DNA of 64,000 nt from Phoronis australis (taxonomy: Eukaryota > Animalia > Phoronida): positions 12,177 to 76,176 of the forward strand of contig NMRA01000909.1 of the NCBI GenBank assembly GCA_002633005.1. The letters run 5' to 3'. Shown one piece after another: positions 51,570-64,000 of the stretch (positions are counted from its first letter, which is position 1; each line of letters begins with the position of its first letter). The position numbers and the translations under genes were made by a program. Below the pieces are notes generated by a model. The model did no database searches. It saw only the letters and a program-made list of their open reading frames with translations, and was not told the DNA's origin.

Positions 51570-53620
51570 ATGGCCTATAGAAGGGCTTATAAAAAAGGTC
51601 CAGTTTCGACACGTGGCTTTCTTTCATGTAAACTCGTTCAGCCTCAATAACATCCACAATTAGACCCTTGAAGGTAAACACAACAGCAGATCACTTGAAT
51701 TGTTCTGAGCCAAAAATCAGACCCTGTACTAGACCAGAGTGTCACTAGGTCCTCTTTAGCTTCATTCCCTCGTGTTTCTTCCAGGAAAGGAAATAAGCTA
51801 TTGTCCACACATGACTCATTGCCTATGAAAGGACATCCTCATCAACAAAGCTTACTTGTGTAGCAGTCAGATATAGTTCGTTTGAATACGCAGACAGTCC
51901 ATTGGCACATTGTCTTATGGTAACTTAGAACTGCAATTCATGTTTCTCCAGGGCCACTGACTTGTACATTGTGCCATGCAGCACTGCTGGTGTGTGGAAG
52001 TGCTGTGAGAAGAGAACGGAGTAACAAAGCTTGTCTATGATACAGCTTGAAGTGACCTTAAAATGTCACTGAACCTGGAACGAATATTGAAATATGAATA
52101 ATTAAGTACTCCAGATTGTGTCAAAAATGTTATCCCTGTTTTTCAAAAATATACGGTGACTGCTCTACAGTTACATAAAATTAAATAATTACTATTTTCA
52201 GAAACCAAGGGTGTATATAATAAGTATTGCATAAAACTTGTGTCCTTATTTTCTTTATTTTTCATTCCTAACCATACCATTTTTTAAACGCATCACTTGT
52301 CTGCAATATGTACTAGTTTTTTGAGACAACTTCAAACCTTCGTTACCCATTTTCAAGCCTTATTATTTTTCATACTTTCAGCTATTTTAAACTCCGATTA
52401 CATGTTCATGGGTCTGTCAAGCATACTTCTAGTCTTAGGTTGAGGTAACCGTTTCTCAGACTTATAATTTTTCTTCTAATAGAAGATGGGAAGACTTGGG
52501 TCATTTAAAAATGATGGATAATCTTTCTGTTGTTTAAGAGTAATTACAAATCGTAAGGCACCATCAAAAATGCAATTTTTACAAAAATGGCAGTCATTTG
52601 AATTTATAACGACTTGCAATATTTGACGGCATGAGTTAAGACTATTCATTCACTGTGAATTCAGAAAATGGAAACTATTTTCATGGATTTACAATTGATA
52701 CAAGTAGCAAAACAGTTTCATGAATTCAACTTGAAGGGACTTCATGAAGGTTAAGAATTACCTCACCATGCTCTTTTCCCCAAACATGTATTACCTGTTT
52801 TATTCCACACATTCATTTGTACCAAATATTACAACCCCAACCCCCATGCAAATGCCCCGCTAAGGACCTGAATAAGTAAATAAATAAAATGAATTACACA
52901 CCTTTATTTAAAAATAGCTGCTCCTTTTCAAAGGCTTTGTTCGTTGTCTCCAATATTGAAAATAGGCTTTGACAACAGATCTGCACTGGATGGGAAGATC
53001 TTGTTGGTTAGCTGCAGTCAAATGCTAAAAACCAATTTTTGTCCATTCAGGGACGGTGCACAAGCGATGCATATCTCCTCTGCACGGTAGAAGCCCTCAA
53101 ACCTAAAAAACAAAGGTTACGTGAAAACAGACGTGATAGATTTCCATTTCAACGTGTAAAAGATTTCCAGAAGACATATGATAGGGAGTAAACAACTAGA
53201 CTAATGCAATGGATATTTGTCATATACCCTTTGCCATTGGGCTTGGATTGTAATCTTAACTCATTAACCTGTGTATCGAGTTGACAGCATAAACATTCAG
53301 CATTGATTGATGTAACTGTCACTGATAGAAATCATTTCAAACAATAAAAATGCTTTGATGTACGAAAAGATCCCGATTGCTACGTCAAGTATCGTATCAC
53401 ATATCACAACAAACAAAGATTACCCCGACTGGCGACTGCCGCGAAGTCGACATCGGCGAGCACCTCAGTTAACAGGCATCGGTAGAATAATAATGGAATG
53501 ATCGTTAAAATAATCACAAACCTTACCTTTGTATAAGGTCGTGCTTACTTCCTCTCATAAAAGCACCCCTTTCACGCAATCTCAGATTCAGTTGGCACGG
53601 CTGCAAGCCATTTCACCATG
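51570..53620 (-). pseudogene. Spliced SAP-domain + YqaJ-like PD-(D/E)XK nuclease relic (ISL2EU/Kolobok accessory gene)
   Basis: LRLRERGAFMRGSKHDLIQR|GTAAGG (SAP-like, ~53585-53527); HFHTPAVLHGTMYKSVALEKHE..CANGL..YLTAT and VQGLI..AVVFTFKGLIVDVI..SKLDLFY; several stops. Confidence 0.6.
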
Positions 53621-54282
53621 TATTTAAAGGGGTCGCGAAATCGAGGCTGTTAATCTATCACCACTAGTACACGCGCGCCCTCTAGTTATTGTAGATTTTC
53701 CAAATAGCCCCATTAGAACTTTTTGTAAGTATGGGGTCGATCTGCTGCCTGTACATATTTTTTCTTTTACTTTTTATTTTCTTAAAATCTGCGTGATCAA
53801 AACAAACGAACGTTGCCCATAATGCTGTGCGGTTTGACCTTTCGGCAACTCGAGACAGCTGTTTCCGGTCTCCTTCGAAGAAGAGAAGTTCGCCTTATCC
53901 AGGTAATTGAACATTTTGATGACGATATTGCTCCCTGTATGAGCTGAAAAGTCTATTACGCCTATTACGCTTTAGATGAAGCCATTACCTGTGGGAAAAT
54001 TACGTACTGAATACGATAGTAATCGTTGTGCTAGAGCCGAGTCTGCAGTGGTACTCTAGCCAGCCAGCTATGGATTATTGCCAGGTTCATGATAAGGTCC
54101 GGTTTTAGTCAAACTAAACAAAACACAATAAAACACATACCTTATTTGAGTTTTTTGTTCATTGTTTATCTGAAATTTAAATATAAATACCAAAATAGCC
54201 ATAACAATGGATTGCCAACAGTACATTCTATAAGGTATGTATAAGTAAATCTTTTTCAATAAGGCATGGAACAATGTCGCAA

Positions 54283-54456
54283 ATAGATTGTCCCGTCAGC
54301 ACGCCATGTTTTTGGTCACATCACGTGACCTAATGAATATCAATCCAAAAAGATTTCTGCCCCCGTCCCTGTCTTGGGCAGAAATCTTTTCGGACATACA
54401 TTCATTAGGTCACGTGATGTGACCAAAAAGATGGCGTGCTGACGGGGCAAACTGCT
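54283..54456. mobile_element. ~170-bp near-perfect palindromic MITE
   Basis: TTGTCCCGTCAGCACGCCATGTTTTTGGTCACATCACGTGACCTAATGAAT...AGATTTCTGCCC pairs with GGGCAGAAATCT...ATTCATTAGGTCACGTGATGTGACCAAAAAGATGGCGTGCTGACGGGGCAA. Confidence 0.9.
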
Positions 54457-57400
54457 TGCATTCTATAAGGTATTCAGCTTTTGAAGTACACTAGTTTATG
54501 AAGAATTTTTTTCTCTTATACATGGCTATGAAGAAAATTTTATTTTTATTTTTGATTCAGGACTTTTGGTTTCTTCTTCATAAATGAGGAACTGGCAAGA
54601 GTCTACTGTAATGATGTGCTGGCTTTCGACAAAGGTACCAACTACAACAAAAGGCGGCTACCCCAACATATTTTTGCAATGCAAGGGTTATGTCACAAAT
54701 CGTACTGCTTTATCTACTTTGCTTGCAGTCAAACAAATTATGTTATTTACTCAGGCACCATATTTTATGTGTCTAATGCATAAATGTGTTTTGTCTACTG
54801 CTTAGTACTCAGATAAATGGGATTTCTTTGTGGTAGTAATAAACAGAATTTATGCCCAATATCATTTCTTAGTTTCGTACTGAAAATCGGATGAAGACTT
54901 AAATGTAATGGAACAGAACTTGTAAAGTTGCTACAAACCAACATTCCATCAACAATAAAGTAACTTTTACACCATTTTCCGCATCAGACCTCCTATCATT
55001 AAGTTTCTTTACCCAGGTGAGGATGGGTTTCTTGGCTTGTAACAAATTCACCTACAGAAAATGACAAGCTGTTTCAAGGCAACTTGATAAACTGAGGTTT
55101 GAGCTATAACGGACTGTCAGTTCTTTCTAATTCCAGGAATCACTTGTACTTTGAGTAAGGAATGGGCCAAGACAATAAATAGTCAAAATCAAGAGTTGGT
55201 TTAATTGAAGGAAGGCAGGTTTATAGCAGCTTTAACAGCAATGACATAATCACATTAACGAACAAAATGGATTTTCACTGCCGAAGTTTAACCTGTATAA
55301 CATCAAATGCATTTCACAGCAGTAATTCTCAACGCACCAGAAATGTAAATGCAAACGAGAGTTGCTGCATGACATGAAATTAATCGAAATATGTTTGAAG
55401 TCATGGACACATTTATTTTAATTACGTAGTCAATTCGCACAACCACGTGGATCAACAAAAGCAGATGATGATGGTTGATAGACTCAACATGAACCAAGTT
55501 GCATGAGCACTTCAATTAAAAAGCAGGCACTGTATCGCAGTTTTGGAGTCAAATGTAAGCAAAAAGTAGTCAAGGATTGTTGGTTTACATATATAAAAAG
55601 TAAAATGTCAGACTTATATGTATGCTGTACGGTAAATGAGTAAGATCAAAAATATAGCCGTGTCCTTTTGTATTGACAACAGTCTATATCCTCGTCAGGC
55701 TACTATACAAAGGTAACTTTAAAATTACTGTCAAATGTTCATTGAAGCAGCGATAGTTCTTTTGATAGATCAGATAACATTTCTTGTCATTACAAAACCA
55801 TTGATCGTCAAGCCAATGAACTGGGTGGCCCCTGGAAGTCATGTGTCAAGTTTGTGCACGCCTTGTTTTTCTATCAAGCATCTGCTAATTATGGACACCG
55901 GTGGCACTGGAGTATAGACCTTTCTTAATCCTCGACAGCATTACTCTTGGATTTCTCACTGAAGTACCTATGTAGCCTGTAAGTGTAAAATAATGTGAAA
56001 AGTTACAATATAATTCAGCACTCAAACACTAAAACCAAACATACAGTGCAAAGAAAACCACCATTTGGTACAAGTAATGATACCTGTATCTATGCCACCA
56101 ACTGAATGCTAGTATCAACAAGTGTGAGAGGTTGCAAGTTAAAAAGACGGTGCAAGAACTAATGCACGTATTGGCTTTTGACTCTTTGATGGCCATTGCA
56201 AAACACTTTATGGTTTAAGTGGATTCTAGAGTTCTAAGACAATAAATTGAACTCATGGCAACATGGTTATGTCCGAAGTGCTACTCAGCAGCCGGTCATA
56301 CTACTATCGTCTTTTAACAAGCAGTAAGAAACCTACATGGAGAGAAAATAGAGTTGCATTTTCACAGGCAAATTTCTGCGGCTATAAACCATGTTATCCG
56401 CGCAACTTATCTTTTGATTATAATCACTTTCCTCATTCATTTTTGGTCTCACAAAGAACTGTCAGTCCATTATGGTTGTGACCATGTCAGGTGAATGAAA
56501 TGGCATGCTGTGACACGTCAACCTAAAGAAACTCTCAAGTAGTAACAAATTGCTGGAGATTTTCAAGCCCAAAATTCACACCTATTTTTAACAAGGAACA
56601 ATTCGAGATCAATATCATACTAATGGTACATGGTCTAAATGAACAGTTGGTTTTCGTGACATAAGGCATGCCTATATCTACTTTAAATTCCAATAGAGCA
56701 TAGAGTCTTTACAGGAGCAGACACAAACCTTTGATACAGATTGTGAGGATGCAGGTGACAAAGAAGATAAGGACAAGGGTGAACAACAGCTCTGACTCCC
56801 TGCAAGATGACAATAGTGGCATTTGTAAGAAGACATCAGTTTAGAATTTATTCTGAGGCCTCTACACTGAAAACTCAGACGTGTATATATGAATCTGAAA
56901 CAGTGACATTGAATCGACAGATGGAATTGTAAAAGGGCAAATTTTCAAAATAAGGTTTTTAGAAATCGTAATTGCTCCCCACACCAAACATGATGCACAG
57001 AATTTCAACCAGCAGCTGGAGCTTGCATTTATACTACTGTTGTAAGCGAGTTGAAAATTTTCACATGCAAATTAGTTACATTATAAATGTTCTTTGCTCA
57101 ACTGGACATCCTCCAAAGCACTGATGCATTAGAATAAAAACATCACACTAAAGTACGGTTCACACAAACCTGATATAAATAACTCAAATTAAATACTGTT
57201 TCGTGCATTTCAATGTGCATTTTCATGTTTTAATATGGAACAGCAGTGACACCATCATCTGCAAAGTGCACTCATCCTGCTTGGGTGTTTAGGTGTAAAA
57301 GTCTAGGTCCAAGCAGTTTATTTAGTAAAAAAGCTCGCTACATGGGGTTATTTCGAAAACGCATGTGTAAACGCTTTGATCTACGTATTTTTGTGGGGTT

Positions 57401-59957
57401 TGCAGATGCACTGCACGGTGGTAGGGGTAATGCGTCGTCGGAATCACGGACACTCCAAAATATTGGGAACCCCATTTTGGACACCCTATTTTCGAAATCC
57501 TGGGTGAATCCCTGGATAGAAATTGAACATACTTTAAACAAGACATGTTTAAATACTGTAAACGAAACAGAGATATCTTTGGTTAGGATTGTGAGTTGAG
57601 AGTTGAAAAAAATCTGAAATGTCACTCCGAGATATTAAGGACATGAATGAAACAATACCTCAAGGTTTCTTCAGGTGATGACCAGTCTGGGACTCTTGCA
57701 AAGAAGTTTGTAGAGGGCGTTGTCTAAACCACTCATTCTGAAAGTACAGATGATGAAGGAGGGTTTAGATACAATTTGACTCATTTTACCAGGAGCAATC
57801 ACAAGATTTAAGAATGTACTTTCGGTCAATTTGTCACACTTTTATGCTTAAAAGAACTTTGATTTAATTACCAGAAGGCAAAATTTGTAGCTGAGATAGC
57901 ATTATTCTAAACTGACAGCAACTTGAGTGCCTTTTAATTGATGAAAATTCTGGCTTACGTTAGAGCCCATAGTCTAATCTCTGTATTCGATACACAACTC
58001 GAAAATACAGCAATTCCATGACATGAGCAAACATAAGATTTGCACTCCAATCACGTGATTTGACTGGCAAATGTTTTGAGGTTGTGAGGTCAAGTAATGT
58101 GCCTGGACCATGCAGATTACAAGTAACCATTTTCTCCTAACCTGCACAGTCTAAGATGGAAATATAGAGAAAAATGGTCATCAATAACTGAATAAGTTAA
58201 GGAAACCTATTCTTTCTTTTAAGACTTACTGGAATAAGAAAGATCAACTTAACGTTACAGGGGCCCCTGTAGGTTGTCAGTATTCTCCTGACTGGAAAAA
58301 ATAAAGCAAACCTAACAAGACATTCTCAAGTATAGCCATCTTGACCAAGACTTACCCCCCCCCCCCACTGTACTCAGTACCACCAACACGGATACGAGCT
58401 TTCTAATTAAGCTATTGGCATGCCCAGGTGAAGTCCCTAACACATCCTACAAACATCTCCCCCTCTCCCGCCACACTTCTTAACACCACCTGCTAAATTG
58501 TTCTGGTAGTTGAAATCGATCTAAAAGCCCTTTTGTACTCAATTTTGGGTCTGAGCAGTGTCGACATGAACTGCAAAGTTAAGTGAACCGTTTATACCGG
58601 CTTTGGATGTCTAAGTAAACTGTAGCTGACGATGTCATCGAAGTAATCGCAACGTAGTACAGATGCAACACTTTTACACCAGGATTTTTTAATGTGATAA
58701 TTTGGGAACATTAACATGTGCTAATAGGCACAAAAACCTATTTCTAGTTCCATTAGTGACTATTCGAGCAAAATATGAGCAGCTTTTAGCGACGACACTA
58801 CCCTGTAATTGTTGATGATAACAGTGGCCCCTGACAATAACTTCTTCGATGTAACCGAAGTTGACCATTGATACTACCATACAACACAGCATCGACGCTC
58901 CGCTTGTCTACTGTGAAGTCAAGTGGCACAGTTAACTTCGATTCAGGACTGAAGTTAACCCTCAATACTGACTGCAACTCCCCAAAACATCGCCATGTCG
59001 ACGTTAGAATGAAAGGGCCTTATCAGTTTTAACTACATGTTAAACACTAACATGGGCTAACTTGTCCGGGTCAGCGTAAATCAGCACTACTGCTAGTAGT
59101 ATTAGAACAAAAACTGAACAGCTGATCGAATTGAGGCTCTTCAAAATTATTAGGGTCCGATGTATGCTGACTGAGATCAGTTACCCATCAGTGAATGCTC
59201 TAACCGTGTATACGAGTCATTGAACATTTCACAAACAGCACACTTACTGACTTACTTGTGCATCGAAAGCCTGGTATTGTTGTAATGTAAAACCTTCACG
59301 AGTTCGAACATTCAGTCTTGTCCTCATTGTTTCTCACCTATCGAACGAGTCGCTTACAGGTACACGGTTTGTTGGTAATACCGCTTTTTGTACTGACCAA
59401 TACGTCTTTTTCTAAACTCGTAGAGCAGGACGACTGCGTTTCGCCTTCGGACATACACTACATAGACCTACTTCTCTCTGCCATTTGTATATATTCTGTT
59501 GACCTCTAGATCTGTGGCTGCGCATGCGTTGTTGTACTGTTTGCATCTATTAGAGCAACCTGGATATTAAATTCTGTGTAAACGTATCATTCGTTTGTAG
59601 TATTTACAACGATTTTTTCAAAATTTTTGTCACATAAAAAACCGGCTTAAACGGCGTTAAGAGGTTTTATTCTTCTATAACTCGGACCATAGGCCTTTAA
59701 CTATGTACTCTGCTTTGGTTGCTGTGGAAATTCGTGTCTTTGTCTGGCAGGTAGGTCCAATTGTTAACTAATGTTTGTACCAATTAAACTCGGCAGAAGA
59801 TAACGAATTCACTAAAGATTTTAAAAAACATACAGGGACCTCCACATGATTTCTGATCTCGGATTTATTATTTGAACTTTACTTCAATAACCTTTAGAGT
59901 AGTTGCATTTTGCCGTACAATGACCCATTGACGATCATACCAACTTGGGGCAAACAA

Positions 59958-60936
59958 TTGACCCATCGCCTGGATTATGACTGACGGCTTAAATGACCAA
60001 CCAGTACGCAGCATTCTTGACGTCTGCGTTTCTAAGTTGCCATTTTACCCGACAAACAACACTTGTCGGTAAAGCTTGTTTTAGTCTATACCTCAAGAAA
60101 TTGTGCTATAAGAATATTAGGGAAATGGTGTTGATATGGCGTGTGTAATTCCGAAAGCCGTTATGGAGCTCGAGAAGAACATCCCGTCACGTTTTGAGCA
60201 TTTCCTAAGCCGAAAAGTGGTGTCGACTGTGTAAAAGATGGACCCAACTGTGTTGACGGCCACACGAGCAGCTAAACTTGGCAATGTTGTTGGATTACCC
60301 GACGTTTAAACACAAACATGTTTGTTCCCGCACAATACATACCTTTTAGTTTGGTGGCTATAGTGTAGGCCTGATTTAGACTTCGGAGTTTCCTCGTCTG
60401 GGCGCCTTTGTCTCGGCATCTGCTGGATCCCACCACTAGAGGTAGTCCCTGGTAATTGTTTTTAAGGACATTTTTATCATTTTCATTGATTTCTATCTAT
60501 AATGGACACCGGTTTGTTTCGTACCAAAGGTATTTTTTGTTATTCATATACCCGTAGGCTGGAGTTCAACTGAACTTCTCTCCAAAATTGACAGATTCGA
60601 TTGGCACAGGGAGGGACACTAGATTACTGAACTCAAAGCCTCGTTCGAGCTGTTGTCACGAAAAAATAAAAAGTGGAATTACTTTTTGTTTAGAAGATCC
60701 AGTATACACTATTCCTGCAGAGTTAGGGGGGGAGGCTCATTTCATAGTTGTTCAAATATGATACTTTGATTTATGAAGCTTTAAAGAACAATTTTAGTTA
60801 TTTTTGTAAATGGCGTTTTCGGAAAGTGCAAAAACACTCAGATTCCACCAGGAACGTCGCTTTGCCTCCGACATCTTGTTTGTTTGAAGGATGTCACGTG
60901 ACTTTTCGCAAAGGGGTGGAGCTTGCGATAGGTCAA
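59958..60936 (+). mobile_element. TIR element with THAP relic (ISL2EU/Harbinger-related)
   Basis: TTGACCCATCGC / GCGATAGGTCAA; 60125-60335 reads C*YGVCNSESRY..F*AFPKPK..CKRWTQLC*RPHEQLN..KHVCSR. Confidence 0.65.
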
Positions 60937-60996
60937 CTCCCTGACAGCAACGAATTCTTCTGACTGTTATTTGGTAAACATGTGACTCTCACACAG

Positions 60997-61960
60997 GTAT
61001 CAGCTGCGCCAGAAGTTGAACAGAAAATTAAAATTGATGTTCGAGTCAAACATGAATGTACGATAGCAGCCGATTGTGAAGACGGGCAATGCTGCAAGCT
61101 TGACTACACAGGCCTAATCGCAAGCAAAAGACAGATAAATATTCGTGAGCCGATTAGTGAGTATTCAGCTTCAATGGATGATTGTCTTGTGTCGACTCAT
61201 CCACTAATGGCTGCTTCAGTTTTGAAATTTAAATCTGTCAATAACTCGATTTTTGTCAGAAAATAACTTTTGACTTTTGACAATTAACTGTTTCAAAACT
61301 CGTCTCAATTTTTCATTACCCAGTTTAGACAGATTGAGAAGAGGCTCAAGTTGGCCCAGCGTTGCGGCATGACGTTTTATAAAACAATCGTCTGAAGAAA
61401 TAACGAACAAATTCTTTGCAAACCCATAAATCACCACCCATCTTAGTTAGGAAGAAGCTGAGACCAATTTTATAGCGGTAACGTGGAAATTTTGATATTG
61501 GTGGAAAAGCCTAACTGAACAAGATTAAGATAATATATTGCACTGACTCTACTTTGTGTTCACACTCACTTTGAGTTCTGAATCTGAGTTGGAATTTCGA
61601 CGTGCAGTCTAACTGATAAATGGGTTAATCAAATCATATAACGGGCGGGGTTGGAAAACAAGGGGTCCGTATTATAGTAAGGACCAAATGTATATGTTTG
61701 GAGTCCACTGGACACTGGGTCAGCGCTATATAGGATGGAGATTACAATACTTTAGCGTCGTTGCAAGGCGCTGTATGGACTATATCCCAGAAGGTGCAAG
61801 GTGTGGTGGAATGAACTTTCGCAAGTGTGGGTGTGTGAAGAATACGAAGTATACCAGACTACCGGACCCGACTAATCCATTTGTTACAAAGATTCCTTCA
61901 AAAAGGAACCGTGCAAGGTCAAGAGTACCGGGGACTTACAAGTGCATCGGAGAAAACTAA
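60997..61960 (+). pseudogene. Prokineticin/astakine/colipase-fold cysteine-rich secreted-type protein, two exons, probably disabled
   Basis: Exon 60997-61156 (CAG|..A|GTGAGT) VSAAPEV..HECTIAADCEDGQCCKLDYTGLIASKRQINIREPI; exon 61756-61960 RCMDYIPEGARCGGMNFRKCGCVKNTKY..TYKC. Best splice sites are 1 nt out of frame; ninth Cys reads TAT. Confidence 0.65.
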
Positions 61961-64000
61961 TTTCGCACGGCGAAATTCTATCTGAAAGTGTAATACATTT
62001 GGCAAATACACGTTTGTCAACTTTATTTAACGAGTCCTACGAGCAGCCCGTGGATTGAGAATGTGATTTCAGTTAGTTGAAAAGAGAATGTGAGAATAAC
62101 AAGATTCTTGCATAATACTACTAGCGCACCTTTGTTGAAATGGTAAATAATGTAGAAAACACAAATTCTGACTACACACTAATATCAATAAGGAGTAATC
62201 CTCCTCAAATTACACACACATGCATTTTGGTTATTGCACAGGAATAATACTTGGACAGAAATTATGATGGGTAATATTGATTAGTTATGCAGACAGTCAA
62301 TTGAAATCATAAAAAATCAAGCGTTAACAGACAGTTAAGCACATGAATTATCGTGAGGTTAGTAAGGTTTGCTACCTACCACAACAGCTCTAAATCTAGA
62401 TATGGTCGGCCAATTGGACAGCTCCCTGAAATAAAAGCAGTAGTTTGGTGCTTAAGTCAATGATGATCAGTGCAAACAAGATGCAAAGTCACTCTGCACT
62501 TGAAAATCTAAAGATAATAACTATTTATTAAACAATACTGCAGACTGAGAAAAAGACAAAAATGAAGGATTCATTTTGGTCAGACGAATGTTAGGGCAGA
62601 AATTACAAAAGCTAAAGGGATTAGCTTAAGTACTAGTCCACGAGAGTACCAACCATGAGCGGCAAGGTGGGGGTCAGCCGATTTTCACCAAATTTGGCAC
62701 ATATGTAGTCCTATGGGATCTATAAACAGCGGTAAAATATTTCCTCAAAATATTGTGTTTTTCTAAAGTTATAGGTTCAAAAACATTTTACGGTTTCGCA
62801 GCCATGTTTTCACGGTATAAAAACTGTCCAGTTTCAACTGTTCATATTTTTCCTTGAGTGAAAGCTATTGATTTATTATTCACTTGGCATTGTTTAGTGG
62901 TGCCTATAGATTGTTACGCAGATGTCTTGAAACACGATTCCGATTTACCGCCCTCATTTAGTAGTTTTATTACACTGCCCCCCGTTATGCCATTTTGAGG
63001 TTGTGTTCAGTACACTGCTGTACCAAATCTGCCCTCACTGCTATGAGAATGAAACTTAGCCAAAATGCTGACAAAACATGTTACTTTCATTGCATAAAAT
63101 AAAAACTTTGTCAGCCAGTTTATTAGTTATACATTTTGGCACCTCAAATGTACTAAAATGAGAAATTGTCATATAACTGAGATCGATGAGTGAGCACCGT
63201 AAAATCCGATTGTCCTTCATATTTTTCGATATTTTGCAACAAGTTAGTTCCTCCTGAATGTTTTGAACGTTTTACTACTTATCACTTTGGGCTATAGTAC
63301 CCCTAAATACCACACATGGCTCCATTTTGTAAAAAGCCGATTATGTCCTCCGCAGTGAACAGGGTTAGACATGAACTCGACAAATGTAGGTTTTTTTGAT
63401 TTACAGTTGTTATACTTTGCAATTTCCTCATGGGTATTTCTTCACACATATTTAAGTCAGATTTTCTGTTGATCAAATGTTCATGCAATGCATTGTAATA
63501 TCAAATGAATGATAAGTTTGGTGGCATAACCGCAGTTTTTCCCACGACTTAAAACAAAAGACCGCAGAAATTTTCCTGACGAAATACCGGGTTTGCAGTT
63601 CTCTAAAAACATTCGAATGACAAGACAAACTCCACCACTGTCTGTGGCAACTCGTCGCATGTTTTTCGCCCATCGGTCCTATCATTGTTTTCCATTGTTG
63701 TGTCACTGTTGGATATAACAACATAGGTCGCATGGATATAGAACCTTGCGTACATCAGACTGTTGCTGATAAGTGCTCGTCATTATATCTTTATTATAAC
63801 AATGAAGATGCTAATCTATTGTTCTCTATGCGACCAGGTTTCCCTTGGATGACCACAGAAGAGGAATCCCAAAGTATCCACAAACAATGACCACGCACCT
63901 TAGTAACTATTACCGCGCACACGAATCCTTTCCGTGGAACCTAAACACCAAATTTTTATATCCGTGTATTGTGTTGTATTGCTCATGGTACGGGTTCAGA

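Overview
AT-rich, repeat-dense animal scaffold, most like a marine invertebrate, with three assembly gaps (2099-2877, 42807-43638, 48851-49158). The one well-supported host gene is a minus-strand spliced SABATH/Methyltransf_7-type SAM-dependent methyltransferase: seven exons from 23747 to beyond position 1, all GT-AG and phase-consistent. The ORF track shows only fragments of it. Its introns are packed with nested mobile DNA: about five copies of a Helentron-associated (HINE/pearl-like) element whose internal tandem array repeats a CTCF-like motif every ~130-155 bp, a TA-flanked TIR element, a truncated Penelope element with inverted pLTRs carrying minimal hammerhead ribozyme motifs, a second HINE-like family and an integrase-less Ty3/gypsy remnant with a C2H2 zinc-finger ORF. 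The right half holds Harbinger-like MITEs, a solo LTR, Kolobok/KolobokP derivatives, a 5'-truncated I-group LINE with a T-tail, several THAP and YqaJ-nuclease relics, a tentative unidentified plus-strand spliced gene (~32.7-51.2 kb) and a probably disabled prokineticin/colipase-fold cysteine-rich gene (61-62 kb). All family assignments are from motif recognition by eye; no searches were run.
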